DNA of 64,000 bases from Acidimicrobiales bacterium. Lineage in GTDB: Bacteria; Actinomycetota; Acidimicrobiia; Acidimicrobiales; AC-9. Location: NCBI GenBank assembly GCA_036491125.1, contig DASXCO010000094.1:309-64308 (forward strand), read 5' to 3'. This document shows, in pieces, positions 27,768 through 36,021 of this stretch. Position numbers and translations under genes: made by a program. The number at the start of each line of letters is the position of its first letter. The stretch's first letter is position 1. Under the pieces are notes generated by a model that saw only the letters and a list, made by a program, of their open reading frames with translations, was not told the DNA's origin and did not search any database.

Positions 27768-28609
27768 GGTGCCCTCCCCTCTTCACGGTCACGTTCCAGC
27801 CCGTCCCAGAACGCCCTGACCCCGTCCAGCATCTCGCCCGCCCCGGCGAGGAACATGTCCTGATCGAAACCCGGCTGCGAATACACCTCGGCCAGCTCGT
27901 CGGTCGTGTGCGCGGCGTGCTGGTCCTCCACCCGGTCGTGCCAGGTCCAGAACGACAGCGTCAGACCCGGGCACTCGCGCGCCGAGAAGACCCGAAGACC
28001 GGAGATGAGCTCCTTCCAGAACCCGGCCGCCGCCCAGTGCTCGACGGCGTACGACGCGCCGGCGGCGACCGATGGATCGTCTGATCCGTAGATGCGCAGG
28101 AGCTCGTCGCAGAAGAAGGCCGTGGCCGGCGTTGCCTGCCGGCGCTTTCCGAGGTCGCTGAACCCGAGGCCGAGGGGCTCGGCGAAGCCCAGCAGCCATT
28201 CGAAATGGGCGGCCGGGAAGCGAAATCGCGCCCCCTCCACGCTGCCCTCGGTCGAGACGAGCTCCGCCTCGGCGTCAGTATCCGCCGCCCCGCGGGGCGG
28301 ACGGAACGGCACCCCGAGCTCGTTCATCAGGATCTCCTTCCCGGCCCGGTAGGACGCCAGATCGGGCGCGTTGATCACCTTCCGCAGCTGGGCCTCGACG
28401 AACAGGTGGCTGAACACGCTGAACTGCACGGTCAGGTGGCGGACGTCCGCTCGGGTGGCCACGCCGGTGGCAAACCACCGGGTGTAGCGGTTGTCGACAA
28501 CCACGGGATGGCGACCGACCACATCGTCCACGCGTGGCCCGAAGGCGTGCCATCCCGCCGTGCCGGTTGAGGGTCCCCGGGTTAGCGTCATCGTCCCTCC
28601 TCTCGGCAT
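27764..28609 (-). CDS. Heme-oxygenase-like diiron oxidase/oxygenase family protein (iron-containing redox enzyme, CADD/PqqC/TenA-like fold)
   Basis: Helical protein with an H-x3-E-x2-H metal motif (HDRVEDQH) and earlier E/H residues (AVEHW). ATGA overlap with the hppD start. Confidence 0.65.
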   Translation of the reverse strand: MPRGGTMTLTRGPSTGTAGWHAFGPRVDDVVGRHPVVVDNRYTRWFATGVATRADVRHLTVQFSVFSHLFVEAQLRKVINAPDLASYRAGKEILMNELGVPFRPPRGAADTDAEAELVSTEGSVEGARFRFPAAHFEWLLGFAEPLGLGFSDLGKRRQATPATAFFCDELLRIYGSDDPSVAAGASYAVEHWAAAGFWKELISGLRVFSARECPGLTLSFWTWHDRVEDQHAAHTTDELAEVYSQPGFDQDMFLAGAGEMLDGVRAFWDGLERDREEGRAP

Positions 28610-28661
28610 CTGGCGTCACAAGTTGTACCCCAAGAAGAGCCATTACTACCGGTCAGGGTCA

Positions 28662-28679
28662 AGTGTTTCGAGAAACACT
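28662..28679. promoter_or_regulatory. Inverted repeat AGTGTTTC-ga-GAAACACT in the AT-richer lrp / HDO-hppD divergent region
   Basis: 8-bp perfect arms read directly, 47 nt upstream of the Lrp/AsnC start. Confidence 0.5.
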
Positions 28680-28725
28680 GGTCAATTTGTCTTGTCTGGT
28701 CCGGACGGCGCGCTAACCTCTGGAC

Positions 28726-29208
28726 GTGTTGGCCAGGACGATCGATCGCTTGGACGCCCGCCTCATCGGACTGCTGGCCGAGGCGCCGAGGGCCGGCGTC
28801 CTCGAGCTGGCCCGCCGCCTCCACGTCGCCCGGGGCACGGTGCAGGCGAGGCTGGACAAGTTGGTGAGCCGGGGAGTGGTCACCGGCTTCGGCCCCGACC
28901 TCCACCTCGGTGCGCTCGGCTACGAGGTCACCGCCTTCGTCAACCTGGAGATCACCCAGGGCCGTCTCGGCGACGTCGTCGACCACCTGCGCAAGGTCCC
29001 CGAGGTGCTCGAAGCCCACGCCATCACCGGGCCGGGCGACCTGCACTGTCGGGTGGCGGCCCGCACCAACGAGCACCTCCAGGACATCATCAACCACATC
29101 CTCGAGGCGCAGGGCATCGGCCGCAGCACGACGGTGATCGCCCTGTCCGAGCAGATCGCCTACCGCGCCCTGCCCCTCGTCGCCACGCTGGCCGACGACG
29201 ACAAATGA
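28726..29208 (+). CDS. Lrp/AsnC family transcriptional regulator
   Basis: HTH_AsnC N-terminus (LDARLIGLLAEAPRAGVLELARRLHVARGTVQARLDKL) plus an RAM domain. Confidence 0.88.
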   Translation: MLARTIDRLDARLIGLLAEAPRAGVLELARRLHVARGTVQARLDKLVSRGVVTGFGPDLHLGALGYEVTAFVNLEITQGRLGDVVDHLRKVPEVLEAHAITGPGDLHCRVAARTNEHLQDIINHILEAQGIGRSTTVIALSEQIAYRALPLVATLADDDK

Positions 29209-29218
29209 AGGAGGCCAA

Positions 29219-30331
29219 GTGTCATCACTGCCACCCCAATGGGTGAAGGGCCGTGCCTCTCGTCAGGCCCACGCCGATCTGCCGACCGGAACGGTGGAGG
29301 AGGAGCACGGCCGGGAGGGTTTCGCCGGCGCGGCCAGCCACCTCTACCGTCTGCACCCGCCAACGGGCTGGACCGCCATCTCCGGCCCCCTGCGGCCGAT
29401 GGCGCTCGATGCCAATCGGTTGGACGATCCGGGTGACGGCACTCCCTCGGTGCTGCTCGTGAACGACGACTTGCGCATCGGATGGTGGACCAGACCGGCG
29501 ACGGACGCGACCTGGTTCTTCCGGGACGCCGACGGTGACGTGCTCTACCTGGTGCATGAAGGCGAAGGGAGACTCGCGACCGAGTACGGCCCCCTCGCCT
29601 ACCGACCCGGCGACTACCTGCTGGTGCCCCGGAGCACGACCCATCGCTTCGAGCCGGTGAGCACGACGCGGCTGCTGACCATCGAGGCGTTGGGCGGGAC
29701 CATCGGACTTCCGGACCGGGGCCTGCTTGGTCGGCACGCCCTCTTCGACCCTGCCGTGGTCGAAGTGCCCGAGCCCGTGGCGCACGACGACAAGGGCGAC
29801 TACCGCGTGCGCGTGCTGCGGGAGGGGGTCGTCAGCGAGATCCGGTACCCCTTCCATCCCCTCGACGTCGTGGGCTGGAAGGGCGACCTGGCCCCGCTCC
29901 GGCTGGCGGCGGGTGATTTCCGCCCTGTCGTGTCGGAGCGCTACCACCTTCCGCCCTCGGCCCATACCACGTTCGTCGGGAACGGCTTCGTGGTGGCTAC
30001 GTTCGCGCCCCGCCCGCTGGAGCGCGATCCCGCCACCCTCAGCGTGCCCTTCTACCACCGCAACGTCGACGTGGACGAGGTGATCTTCTACCACCGGGGC
30101 GAGTTCTTCAGTCGGGCCGGCATCTCGGCGGGGATGCTCACCTTCCACCCGCACGGCGTCCACCACGGTCCTCAGCCCGCGGCCGTGCGGCGGGCCGAAG
30201 AGCGCGGCCCCGGCGGCTACGCGGACGAGATCGCTGTCAACGTCGACGCCCGCCGTCCGCTCCACACGACCCCGGTCGCCGAGGCCATCACCGTCGAGGG
30301 CTACGAGCAGTCGTGGCAGGCGACCAGCTGA
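29219..30331 (+). CDS. hmgA: Homogentisate 1,2-dioxygenase (short actinobacterial type)
   Basis: Cupin core with PFYHRNVDVDEVIFYHRGEFFSR and FHPHGVHHGPQP. Adjacent to hppD and the Lrp regulator. Confidence 0.82.
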   Translation: MSSLPPQWVKGRASRQAHADLPTGTVEEEHGREGFAGAASHLYRLHPPTGWTAISGPLRPMALDANRLDDPGDGTPSVLLVNDDLRIGWWTRPATDATWFFRDADGDVLYLVHEGEGRLATEYGPLAYRPGDYLLVPRSTTHRFEPVSTTRLLTIEALGGTIGLPDRGLLGRHALFDPAVVEVPEPVAHDDKGDYRVRVLREGVVSEIRYPFHPLDVVGWKGDLAPLRLAAGDFRPVVSERYHLPPSAHTTFVGNGFVVATFAPRPLERDPATLSVPFYHRNVDVDEVIFYHRGEFFSRAGISAGMLTFHPHGVHHGPQPAAVRRAEERGPGGYADEIAVNVDARRPLHTTPVAEAITVEGYEQSWQATS

Positions 30332-30391
30332 GCTCGCTCATCGGGCCCGCCTCCCGGGCGGGCTCACTCATCGGGCCCGCCTCCCGGGCGG
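30332..30391. repeat. 2 x 30-bp tandem repeat, each unit carrying a GCCCGCC-tcccg-GGCGGGC hairpin, between convergent hmgA and queF
   Basis: The units differ at one base. The position suggests duplicated bidirectional terminator hairpins. Confidence 0.7.
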
Positions 30392-30394
30392 GCC

Positions 30395-30745
30395 TCACGG
30401 GTGAGTGGCTTCCACCACCGAGTGAATGCCGCCCCGGACGAGCCAGTCGGTGCGCACGGTCATCCGCTTCGGGCCCACGGCGGCAACCAGGTCGTCGAGA
30501 ATGCGATTGGTGACCTCCTCGTGGAAGGCGCCCTCGTCGCGGTAGCTCCACAAGTAGAGCTTGAGCGACTTGAGCTCGACGATCGAGGCGGCGGGCACGT
30601 AGGTGAGGGTGACCGTCGCGAAGTCAGGCTGGCCCGTCATCGGGCACAGGCAGGTGAGCTCGGGCGTCTCGAAGCGGATCTCGTAGTCACGACCCGGCCG
30701 CGGGTTCTCCAGGGCCACGAGCTCCTTCGACGGGGAGGTCGGCAC
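30395..30745 (-). CDS. queF: NADPH-dependent 7-cyano-7-deazaguanine reductase
   Basis: [23 protein letters not shown] and [13 protein letters not shown] QueF motifs. The GTG at 30745 was chosen to avoid overlapping thrB, so the start is uncertain. Confidence 0.8.
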   Translation of the reverse strand: MPTSPSKELVALENPRPGRDYEIRFETPELTCLCPMTGQPDFATVTLTYVPAASIVELKSLKLYLWSYRDEGAFHEEVTNRILDDLVAAVGPKRMTVRTDWLVRGGIHSVVEATHP

Positions 30746-30762
30746 CGAGCCGACGATACCGC

Positions 30763-31656
30763 TCAGGGCCAGCGGCGAGAGTCGGGTCCGCCCGGCGGCG
30801 GCGATTCGCCGCGGGCCATGAGCAGGCCCCGTCGGTCGGGCCCGAGCAGCAGGACCCGTCCGGGCACCGAGAGCTCCTTCAGCATCAGCTCGCCGGCGTC
30901 GCGCACGCGGGGCGCGACCTCGGCGTCGCAGAAGCCGATGAGGCTGGGACCGGCACCCGACCACGACGCCGCCAGCGCCCCGGCATCGACCAAGCGGCCG
31001 AGCAGCTGGGAGGCCTCCGGAAAGAGCGGGCTGCGGGCGGACTGGTGCAGGCGATCCTCGGTGGCTGCCCGCACGAGGTAACGACGGTTGGCCAGGCCGC
31101 CCACCAGCAGGCCCATGCGACCGAGGTTGAACGTGGCGTCACGGTGGCTCACCGTGGCCGGCAGTGCCTGGCGGGCCTGGCTCGTCGCCAGGGTGCGCGT
31201 CGGCACGAGCACCACGAAGGCCAGCTCGGGGTCGAGGGCGAGGGGGGCGACCACCGGGGCACCGGCGACGGTGGTGGCGGCGACCAACCCACCCCACACG
31301 GACGCGGCCGCGTTCTCGGGATGGCCGTCGGACGCCGCCGCCACGGCCAGGGGGTCGTTGGCGCCCGCGGCCGCGGCCGTGGCCGCGGCCAGGGCAGCCG
31401 ACGAGCCGAGCCCCCTCCCGAGCGGGATGGACGACCGCACCGCGATGGCGAAGTGGTCGTGGCCGAGCACCTCCATGGCGATCCGCGCCGCCAGGTGCGA
31501 GGCGTCGCCCGCCAGCTCGGCACCCTGACCCTCGGCCCTCACGGTCAGGCGAGGGGCCGACTCGACCTCCACCTCGACGTACAGCTCGAGCGCCACGGCC
31601 AGGGAGTCGAAGCCGGGGCCGAGGTTGGCCGCCGATGCCGGGGCTCTCGCACGCAC
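30763..31656 (-). CDS. thrB: Homoserine kinase
   Basis: [19 protein letters not shown] and the GHMP motif [11 protein letters not shown]. Confidence 0.88.
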   Translation of the reverse strand: MRARAPASAANLGPGFDSLAVALELYVEVEVESAPRLTVRAEGQGAELAGDASHLAARIAMEVLGHDHFAIAVRSSIPLGRGLGSSAALAAATAAAAGANDPLAVAAASDGHPENAAASVWGGLVAATTVAGAPVVAPLALDPELAFVVLVPTRTLATSQARQALPATVSHRDATFNLGRMGLLVGGLANRRYLVRAATEDRLHQSARSPLFPEASQLLGRLVDAGALAASWSGAGPSLIGFCDAEVAPRVRDAGELMLKELSVPGRVLLLGPDRRGLLMARGESPPPGGPDSRRWP

Positions 31657-31695
31657 GGCGTCAGGGTAGTGCGACAGCCCCGTCGGGGCGGGCTT

Positions 31696-32466
31696 CTACG
31701 AGCGGAGCGCCCCCGGCTCCTCGAGCCAGCGGTTCAAGGCGACGGTCCTGGAGTTGCGCAGGACGAGGACGTGCTCGACGGCACGCCGCACGCGACGCTG
31801 CTGATCGGCCGTGATCACGACCCTGCGCAGCAGGTAGTCGGCCTTGTCGCCGTGGTCCTCCTCGGCGTAGGCGTGGACCTTGAAGTTCTCGACGTCGGCG
31901 CCATAGTGGTCGCGGAGGCCCTCGTACATCATCTTGGCGTAGCCGGTGGAGGCGGCGAACCGCTCCCCCGCCCAACCGAAGGCAGCCAGCCCTTCTTCGT
32001 AGGAACGCCGCATGTAGTACAGGCTGGTGAAGACCGACCCGATGGTCTCCGGCAGCGGGCGGTAGGCCAGGAGCTCCTCGTCGGTGATGCCCAGCTGCCG
32101 CGCCCACTCGACCTTCATGTCCACGTGGTTGCGGTCGCCGGCGAAGCCGGTCTCGTCGGCCAGGTTCTGCAGCCAGTGGAAGTGGTGCTCGCTCGAGTCG
32201 AGGTCGAGGGCATCGGTGTCCGGCGCGTTGGCCACCAGTGACCCGAACTCGGTGGTGTACCACTTCCCCAGGAAGTAGTACTCCTTGGCCAGGCGCCTCA
32301 CCAGATCGACGGACAATCTCCCGTCGGCCACCCGCTCCCATACGTGGTTGCGGGCCGTCGCCACCTCGGCCTGCAGGGCCTCGAGACTGGCCATGAACGC
32401 ATCGACGGGCACTCCCTCGACGGCCCCGCCGCGCCTGATGTCTCTGAACTCCCGGACCTCGGTCAT
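31696..32466 (-). CDS. Heme-oxygenase-like diiron family protein (TenA/PqqC/CADD-like), second copy
   Basis: H-x3-E-x2-H motif (HAYAEEDH) and an all-helical composition. Distant paralogue of 27764..28609. Confidence 0.65.
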   Translation of the reverse strand: MTEVREFRDIRRGGAVEGVPVDAFMASLEALQAEVATARNHVWERVADGRLSVDLVRRLAKEYYFLGKWYTTEFGSLVANAPDTDALDLDSSEHHFHWLQNLADETGFAGDRNHVDMKVEWARQLGITDEELLAYRPLPETIGSVFTSLYYMRRSYEEGLAAFGWAGERFAASTGYAKMMYEGLRDHYGADVENFKVHAYAEEDHGDKADYLLRRVVITADQQRRVRRAVEHVLVLRNSRTVALNRWLEEPGALRS

Positions 32467-32487
32467 AGGGCCAAGTGTAGGATCCTG

Positions 32488-32503
32488 GTGACGCTGGTGT
32501 CAG
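32488..32503. promoter_or_regulatory. Putative operator GTGAC-gctggt-GTCAG
   Basis: TGAC-N6-GTCA palindrome between the divergent HDO-2 and GMC small-subunit genes. Confidence 0.45.
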
Positions 32504-32510
32504 GTTCGTC

Positions 32511-33167
32511 GTGGGACGGGGAGTAGCCGAATGGACGTCGATCTCGTCGAGCTGGCCGGTCGCCGCGGCCGCCTCACCGCCCGGGCCTGACCAGCGGAGC
32601 CGCCTCGTGCCCGTCCACCTCAGCAGCGCTGAGCACGCCGTCGTCGGCGCCGCCTGCGAGCGCCTGATCCCGGCCGACGAGTCACCGGGGGCGGCCGCGG
32701 CCGGGGCAGCCGACTACATCGACGCCCTGCTGGGGGCGTTTCGCTTCGACCCGCCCCGCATCTGGGCCGGGGGGCCGTTCTCGGGCCGCGCCGGGGGAAG
32801 AGCGGGGTTCGGCGACTTCGTTCCCCTCGACCCACTGGACGAGCTCGCCTGGCGGACGCGCATCGAGGGCTCGCGGGGCCGAGTCGAGCGGGAGTGGAAC
32901 GGCCCCGTGATCGGGCTCCAGGAGCAGTACGAGGCGGGGATCGCGGCCCTCGGGCTCGACTTCGCCGGGCTGGGGGCAGGAGACCAGGATGCGCGCCTGG
33001 ACGCGGCGCCCGAGTTCCGGTCGCTGCTCTACGAGCACGCCTGCGAGGCGATGTACGGCCCCCCGGAGTACGGGGGCAACCGCGACCTCGTCGGCTGGCG
33101 GTCCATCGGCTTCGAGGGCGACGTCCAACCGAGGGGCTGGACTGCCGCCGAGGTGTCGGAGCCGTGA
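32511..33167 (+). CDS. Gluconate 2-dehydrogenase subunit 3 family protein (small subunit of a GMC-type dehydrogenase)
   Basis: LSSAEHAVVGAACERLIPADESPGAAAAGAADYIDALL is typical of this family. GTGA coupling to the GMC gene. Start uncertain. Confidence 0.65.
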   Translation: MGRGVAEWTSISSSWPVAAAASPPGPDQRSRLVPVHLSSAEHAVVGAACERLIPADESPGAAAAGAADYIDALLGAFRFDPPRIWAGGPFSGRAGGRAGFGDFVPLDPLDELAWRTRIEGSRGRVEREWNGPVIGLQEQYEAGIAALGLDFAGLGAGDQDARLDAAPEFRSLLYEHACEAMYGPPEYGGNRDLVGWRSIGFEGDVQPRGWTAAEVSEP

Positions 33168-34885
33168 ACGGGCGCGACCTGGACGCCGACGCCGTCATCG
33201 TGGGCAGCGGGCCCGGCGGCGCCACCGCCGCCGACGTGCTCACCGCGGCCGGGTGGAGCGTCATCGTGCTGGAGAAGGGCCGCAACCACCTGCTCGACCT
33301 CGAGCCTCCCTACGGCCTCAAGGGCGACTTCTCCAACGACGAGATCAAGTTCGGGCGCCGCCACTTCCTCGGCCCGGATCCCCTTCTCGAGCCCCGGGCC
33401 TTCCGGAGGGCCGAGGGCGACGGCGACCACCTCCTGGTGGGTGAGGTGAACAACCTCCCCTCCGGCCTAGGCGGCGGCGCGGTGCACGCCGACGCCAAGA
33501 TGCCGCGCTTTCGCGAGGTGGACTTCCGCCTGCTGTCCGAGCGCGGCCCGATCGACGGCGCCGACCTGGCCGACTGGCCGCTCGACTACGCCGATCTCGA
33601 GCCCTGCTACGCCGAGGCCGAGCGTCTCGTGGGAGTCGCCGGCGAGGCTGGGATCAACCCCTTCGAGTCCTGGCGGTCCGGGCCCTATCCGATGCCTCCC
33701 GGGCCCGACATGTACGGAGCGATTCTGTCGGCCGACGCTGCAACCCGCTTGGGCTACCACCCCTACCGGGCACCCACCGGGGTCAACAGCACGGACTACG
33801 ACGGACGGCCGGCGTGCAACAACTGCGGGTTCTGCGGGCAGTACGGCTGCCCGATCCACGCCAAGGGAGACGCGGTGTCCTCGTTGCGCCGAGCCCTGCG
33901 CAGCGGGCGGTGCGAGATCCGTGCCCGGGCAATGGTCACCGATGTCGCCGTCGACGGATCGGGTCGACGGGCGCGGTCCGTGCGCTACCTCGACGCCGGC
34001 GGCGACGTCCACGAGGTGACGGCCGGCCACGTCGTGCTCGCCGCCGGCGCCTTCGAGACGCCCCGCCTGCTGCTTCGCACCGGGATCGCCAACTCCTCGG
34101 GTCTGGTCGGAAGGCTCCTGATGTTCCACTTCCAGACCTATGTGGCGGCGTCGTTTCCGTTCAGCCTCCATCCGAACCGGGGTCGAACCGTCACGCACCA
34201 CCACGACGACTTCGTGGCTCCGAACGGCGACGACCTCGCCGCCGCCCGGCGGGCGGGCCTCCCCTGGTTCAGCGGCGGCACGGTCGAGCATGGTGGCGGC
34301 ACGGGCCCCATCACCGAGGCACTCAACTGCCCGCCAGGCTCGCTCCACAAGGAGCTCATGCGCTCGTCGATGCTGCGCGATCGGCTGTGGGTCTTCACCA
34401 TGCAGGGCGAGGACATGCCCCAAGCCGCCAACCGCGTCGACCTCCATCCCTCGGTGCACGACATCCACGGTCTGCCGGCAGGCCGGGTGACCTACTCGCC
34501 GCACCGCCACGAGCTGGCCGCCTCCGACCACTGGGGACCGAAGCTGGAGGCCATCCACACCGAGGCGGGAGCTTCCTGGACCGCAAGAACCACCTCGCCC
34601 CCGACGGACGAGGACTCGGCCGCCGCCATGGGGTGGACCCCGATCAGCCGCCACGTCATGGGCACCTGCCGCATGGGGACCGACCCGCGCACGAGTGTCG
34701 TAGACCCTTATGGTCGGTTCCACGACGTGGAGAACATGATCTGCACCGACTCGTCGGTCTTCGTCACCTCTTCGGGCTACAACCCAACCCTCACGATCGT
34801 CGCCCTCGCCATCAGGGCGAGCAGGGCGCTGGTCGATGGCGGTACTGCTAGCCGCGGGGAAGACCGAGCAGCCGTTCGCCGATGA
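33164..34885 (+). CDS. GMC family oxidoreductase
   Basis: ORF 32894..34885 trimmed to the GTG at 33164. FAD motif DAVIVGSGPGGATAA and GMC C-terminal HVMGTCRMG. Confidence 0.85.
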   Translation: MNGRDLDADAVIVGSGPGGATAADVLTAAGWSVIVLEKGRNHLLDLEPPYGLKGDFSNDEIKFGRRHFLGPDPLLEPRAFRRAEGDGDHLLVGEVNNLPSGLGGGAVHADAKMPRFREVDFRLLSERGPIDGADLADWPLDYADLEPCYAEAERLVGVAGEAGINPFESWRSGPYPMPPGPDMYGAILSADAATRLGYHPYRAPTGVNSTDYDGRPACNNCGFCGQYGCPIHAKGDAVSSLRRALRSGRCEIRARAMVTDVAVDGSGRRARSVRYLDAGGDVHEVTAGHVVLAAGAFETPRLLLRTGIANSSGLVGRLLMFHFQTYVAASFPFSLHPNRGRTVTHHHDDFVAPNGDDLAAARRAGLPWFSGGTVEHGGGTGPITEALNCPPGSLHKELMRSSMLRDRLWVFTMQGEDMPQAANRVDLHPSVHDIHGLPAGRVTYSPHRHELAASDHWGPKLEAIHTEAGASWTARTTSPPTDEDSAAAMGWTPISRHVMGTCRMGTDPRTSVVDPYGRFHDVENMICTDSSVFVTSSGYNPTLTIVALAIRASRALVDGGTASRGEDRAAVRR

Positions 34886-36011
34886 TCGTGCGCTGGATCT
34901 CCGATGTACCTCCGGCGATGCTGGCCGCCTTGCTCCACAGCCACTGACGCTGCCAGCCCCCTTCAGCGGGGTTGCCGTCGGCCCGACCCCACAGTGGCGC
35001 GGCCTCACCCACCACGTCGAGGGCGAGCTGTGACAGGTGTTGGGTCATCGCCGTCCAAGCCAGCTTCACCCAGCTCGACTCCGGGCCCGGCGCCTCGCCC
35101 CGCTCGAGCCGCGAGAGGGTCCGCCAGTTATGGAGACGCAGGACGCGCAGCTCCACGAAGGCTTGCGCCAGTCCGTCGGCGACAAGGGGGTCGTCGAGCC
35201 TGCCGTTGTCGACGGCCAGGCGGTACAGCGCATCCAGGCGGGCTTCGTGGAGCACCTGCTCCTTGAAGGGAAAGTTGGTGCCCCGCTCGTGGGCCAGCGT
35301 CGTGCCCGCGACCGCCCAGCCGCCGCCGATGGCACCCACGAGACGGTCGGTCGGGACGAAAGCGCCATCGAGGAAGACCTCGTTGAACTCGGCGTCACCG
35401 GTGATCTGGACGAGCGGCCGGATGTCGACGCCGGGCCCCTCCATGTCGATCACCAGGCACGAGAGGCCACGATGACGCGGTCCCTCGGCATCGGTCCTCG
35501 CCAGAGCCAGGCCCCACCGGGCGAACTGGGCGTAGGAGGTCCAGACCTTCTGACCCGTGACCCGCCATCCACCGTCGGCGGGTTCGGCCCGCGTCGCCAG
35601 CGAGGCGAGGTCGGAGCCGGCGCCCGGCTCGCTGTAGAGCTGACACCAGATCTCGGTCGCGTCGAGGATCGGCGGCAGCCATCTCCGGCGCTGGTCCCCG
35701 GTGCCGTGGGCCAGCAGGGTCGGACCGGCCAGGTTGATGCCAACCCGGTTGACGGGCTGGGGCGCGCCCGAGCGGGCGTACTCGAGGTTGAACAGCGCCA
35801 CCTGCACGGCCGTGGCCCCTCGCCCGCCGTGCTCGGCCGGCCAGTCGATACCCACCCAGCGATCGGCCGCCAGCTTGGCCTGCCAGCGGCGGCCCCACGC
35901 CACCTCCTCGTCGATCGATCGGAACAGAGGCGGTGTCTCCCCGTGCTCGCCGAACCACTGCTGGGCATCGCGGGCGAAGGCCTCGTCCTCGGCTCGCAGG
36001 GAGAGATCCAT
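34848..36011 (-). CDS. Acyl-CoA dehydrogenase
   Basis: ACAD N/M/C domains (CQLYSEPGAGSDLASL, TSEIQRTIIGERLLGLPR). Confidence 0.88.
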   Translation of the reverse strand: MDLSLRAEDEAFARDAQQWFGEHGETPPLFRSIDEEVAWGRRWQAKLAADRWVGIDWPAEHGGRGATAVQVALFNLEYARSGAPQPVNRVGINLAGPTLLAHGTGDQRRRWLPPILDATEIWCQLYSEPGAGSDLASLATRAEPADGGWRVTGQKVWTSYAQFARWGLALARTDAEGPRHRGLSCLVIDMEGPGVDIRPLVQITGDAEFNEVFLDGAFVPTDRLVGAIGGGWAVAGTTLAHERGTNFPFKEQVLHEARLDALYRLAVDNGRLDDPLVADGLAQAFVELRVLRLHNWRTLSRLERGEAPGPESSWVKLAWTAMTQHLSQLALDVVGEAAPLWGRADGNPAEGGWQRQWLWSKAASIAGGTSEIQRTIIGERLLGLPRG

Positions 36012-36021
36012 TGGCCGACTC

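Noticed and set aside
34848-34885. A 38-nt 3' overlap of the convergent GMC oxidoreductase and ACAD genes, considered as a possible mis-annotation or fusion.
   Set aside because: Both C-termini carry family-typical endings (the ACAD ends ...ERLLGLPRG). The overlap involves only the non-conserved tail of the GMC protein and is common in compact high-GC genomes.
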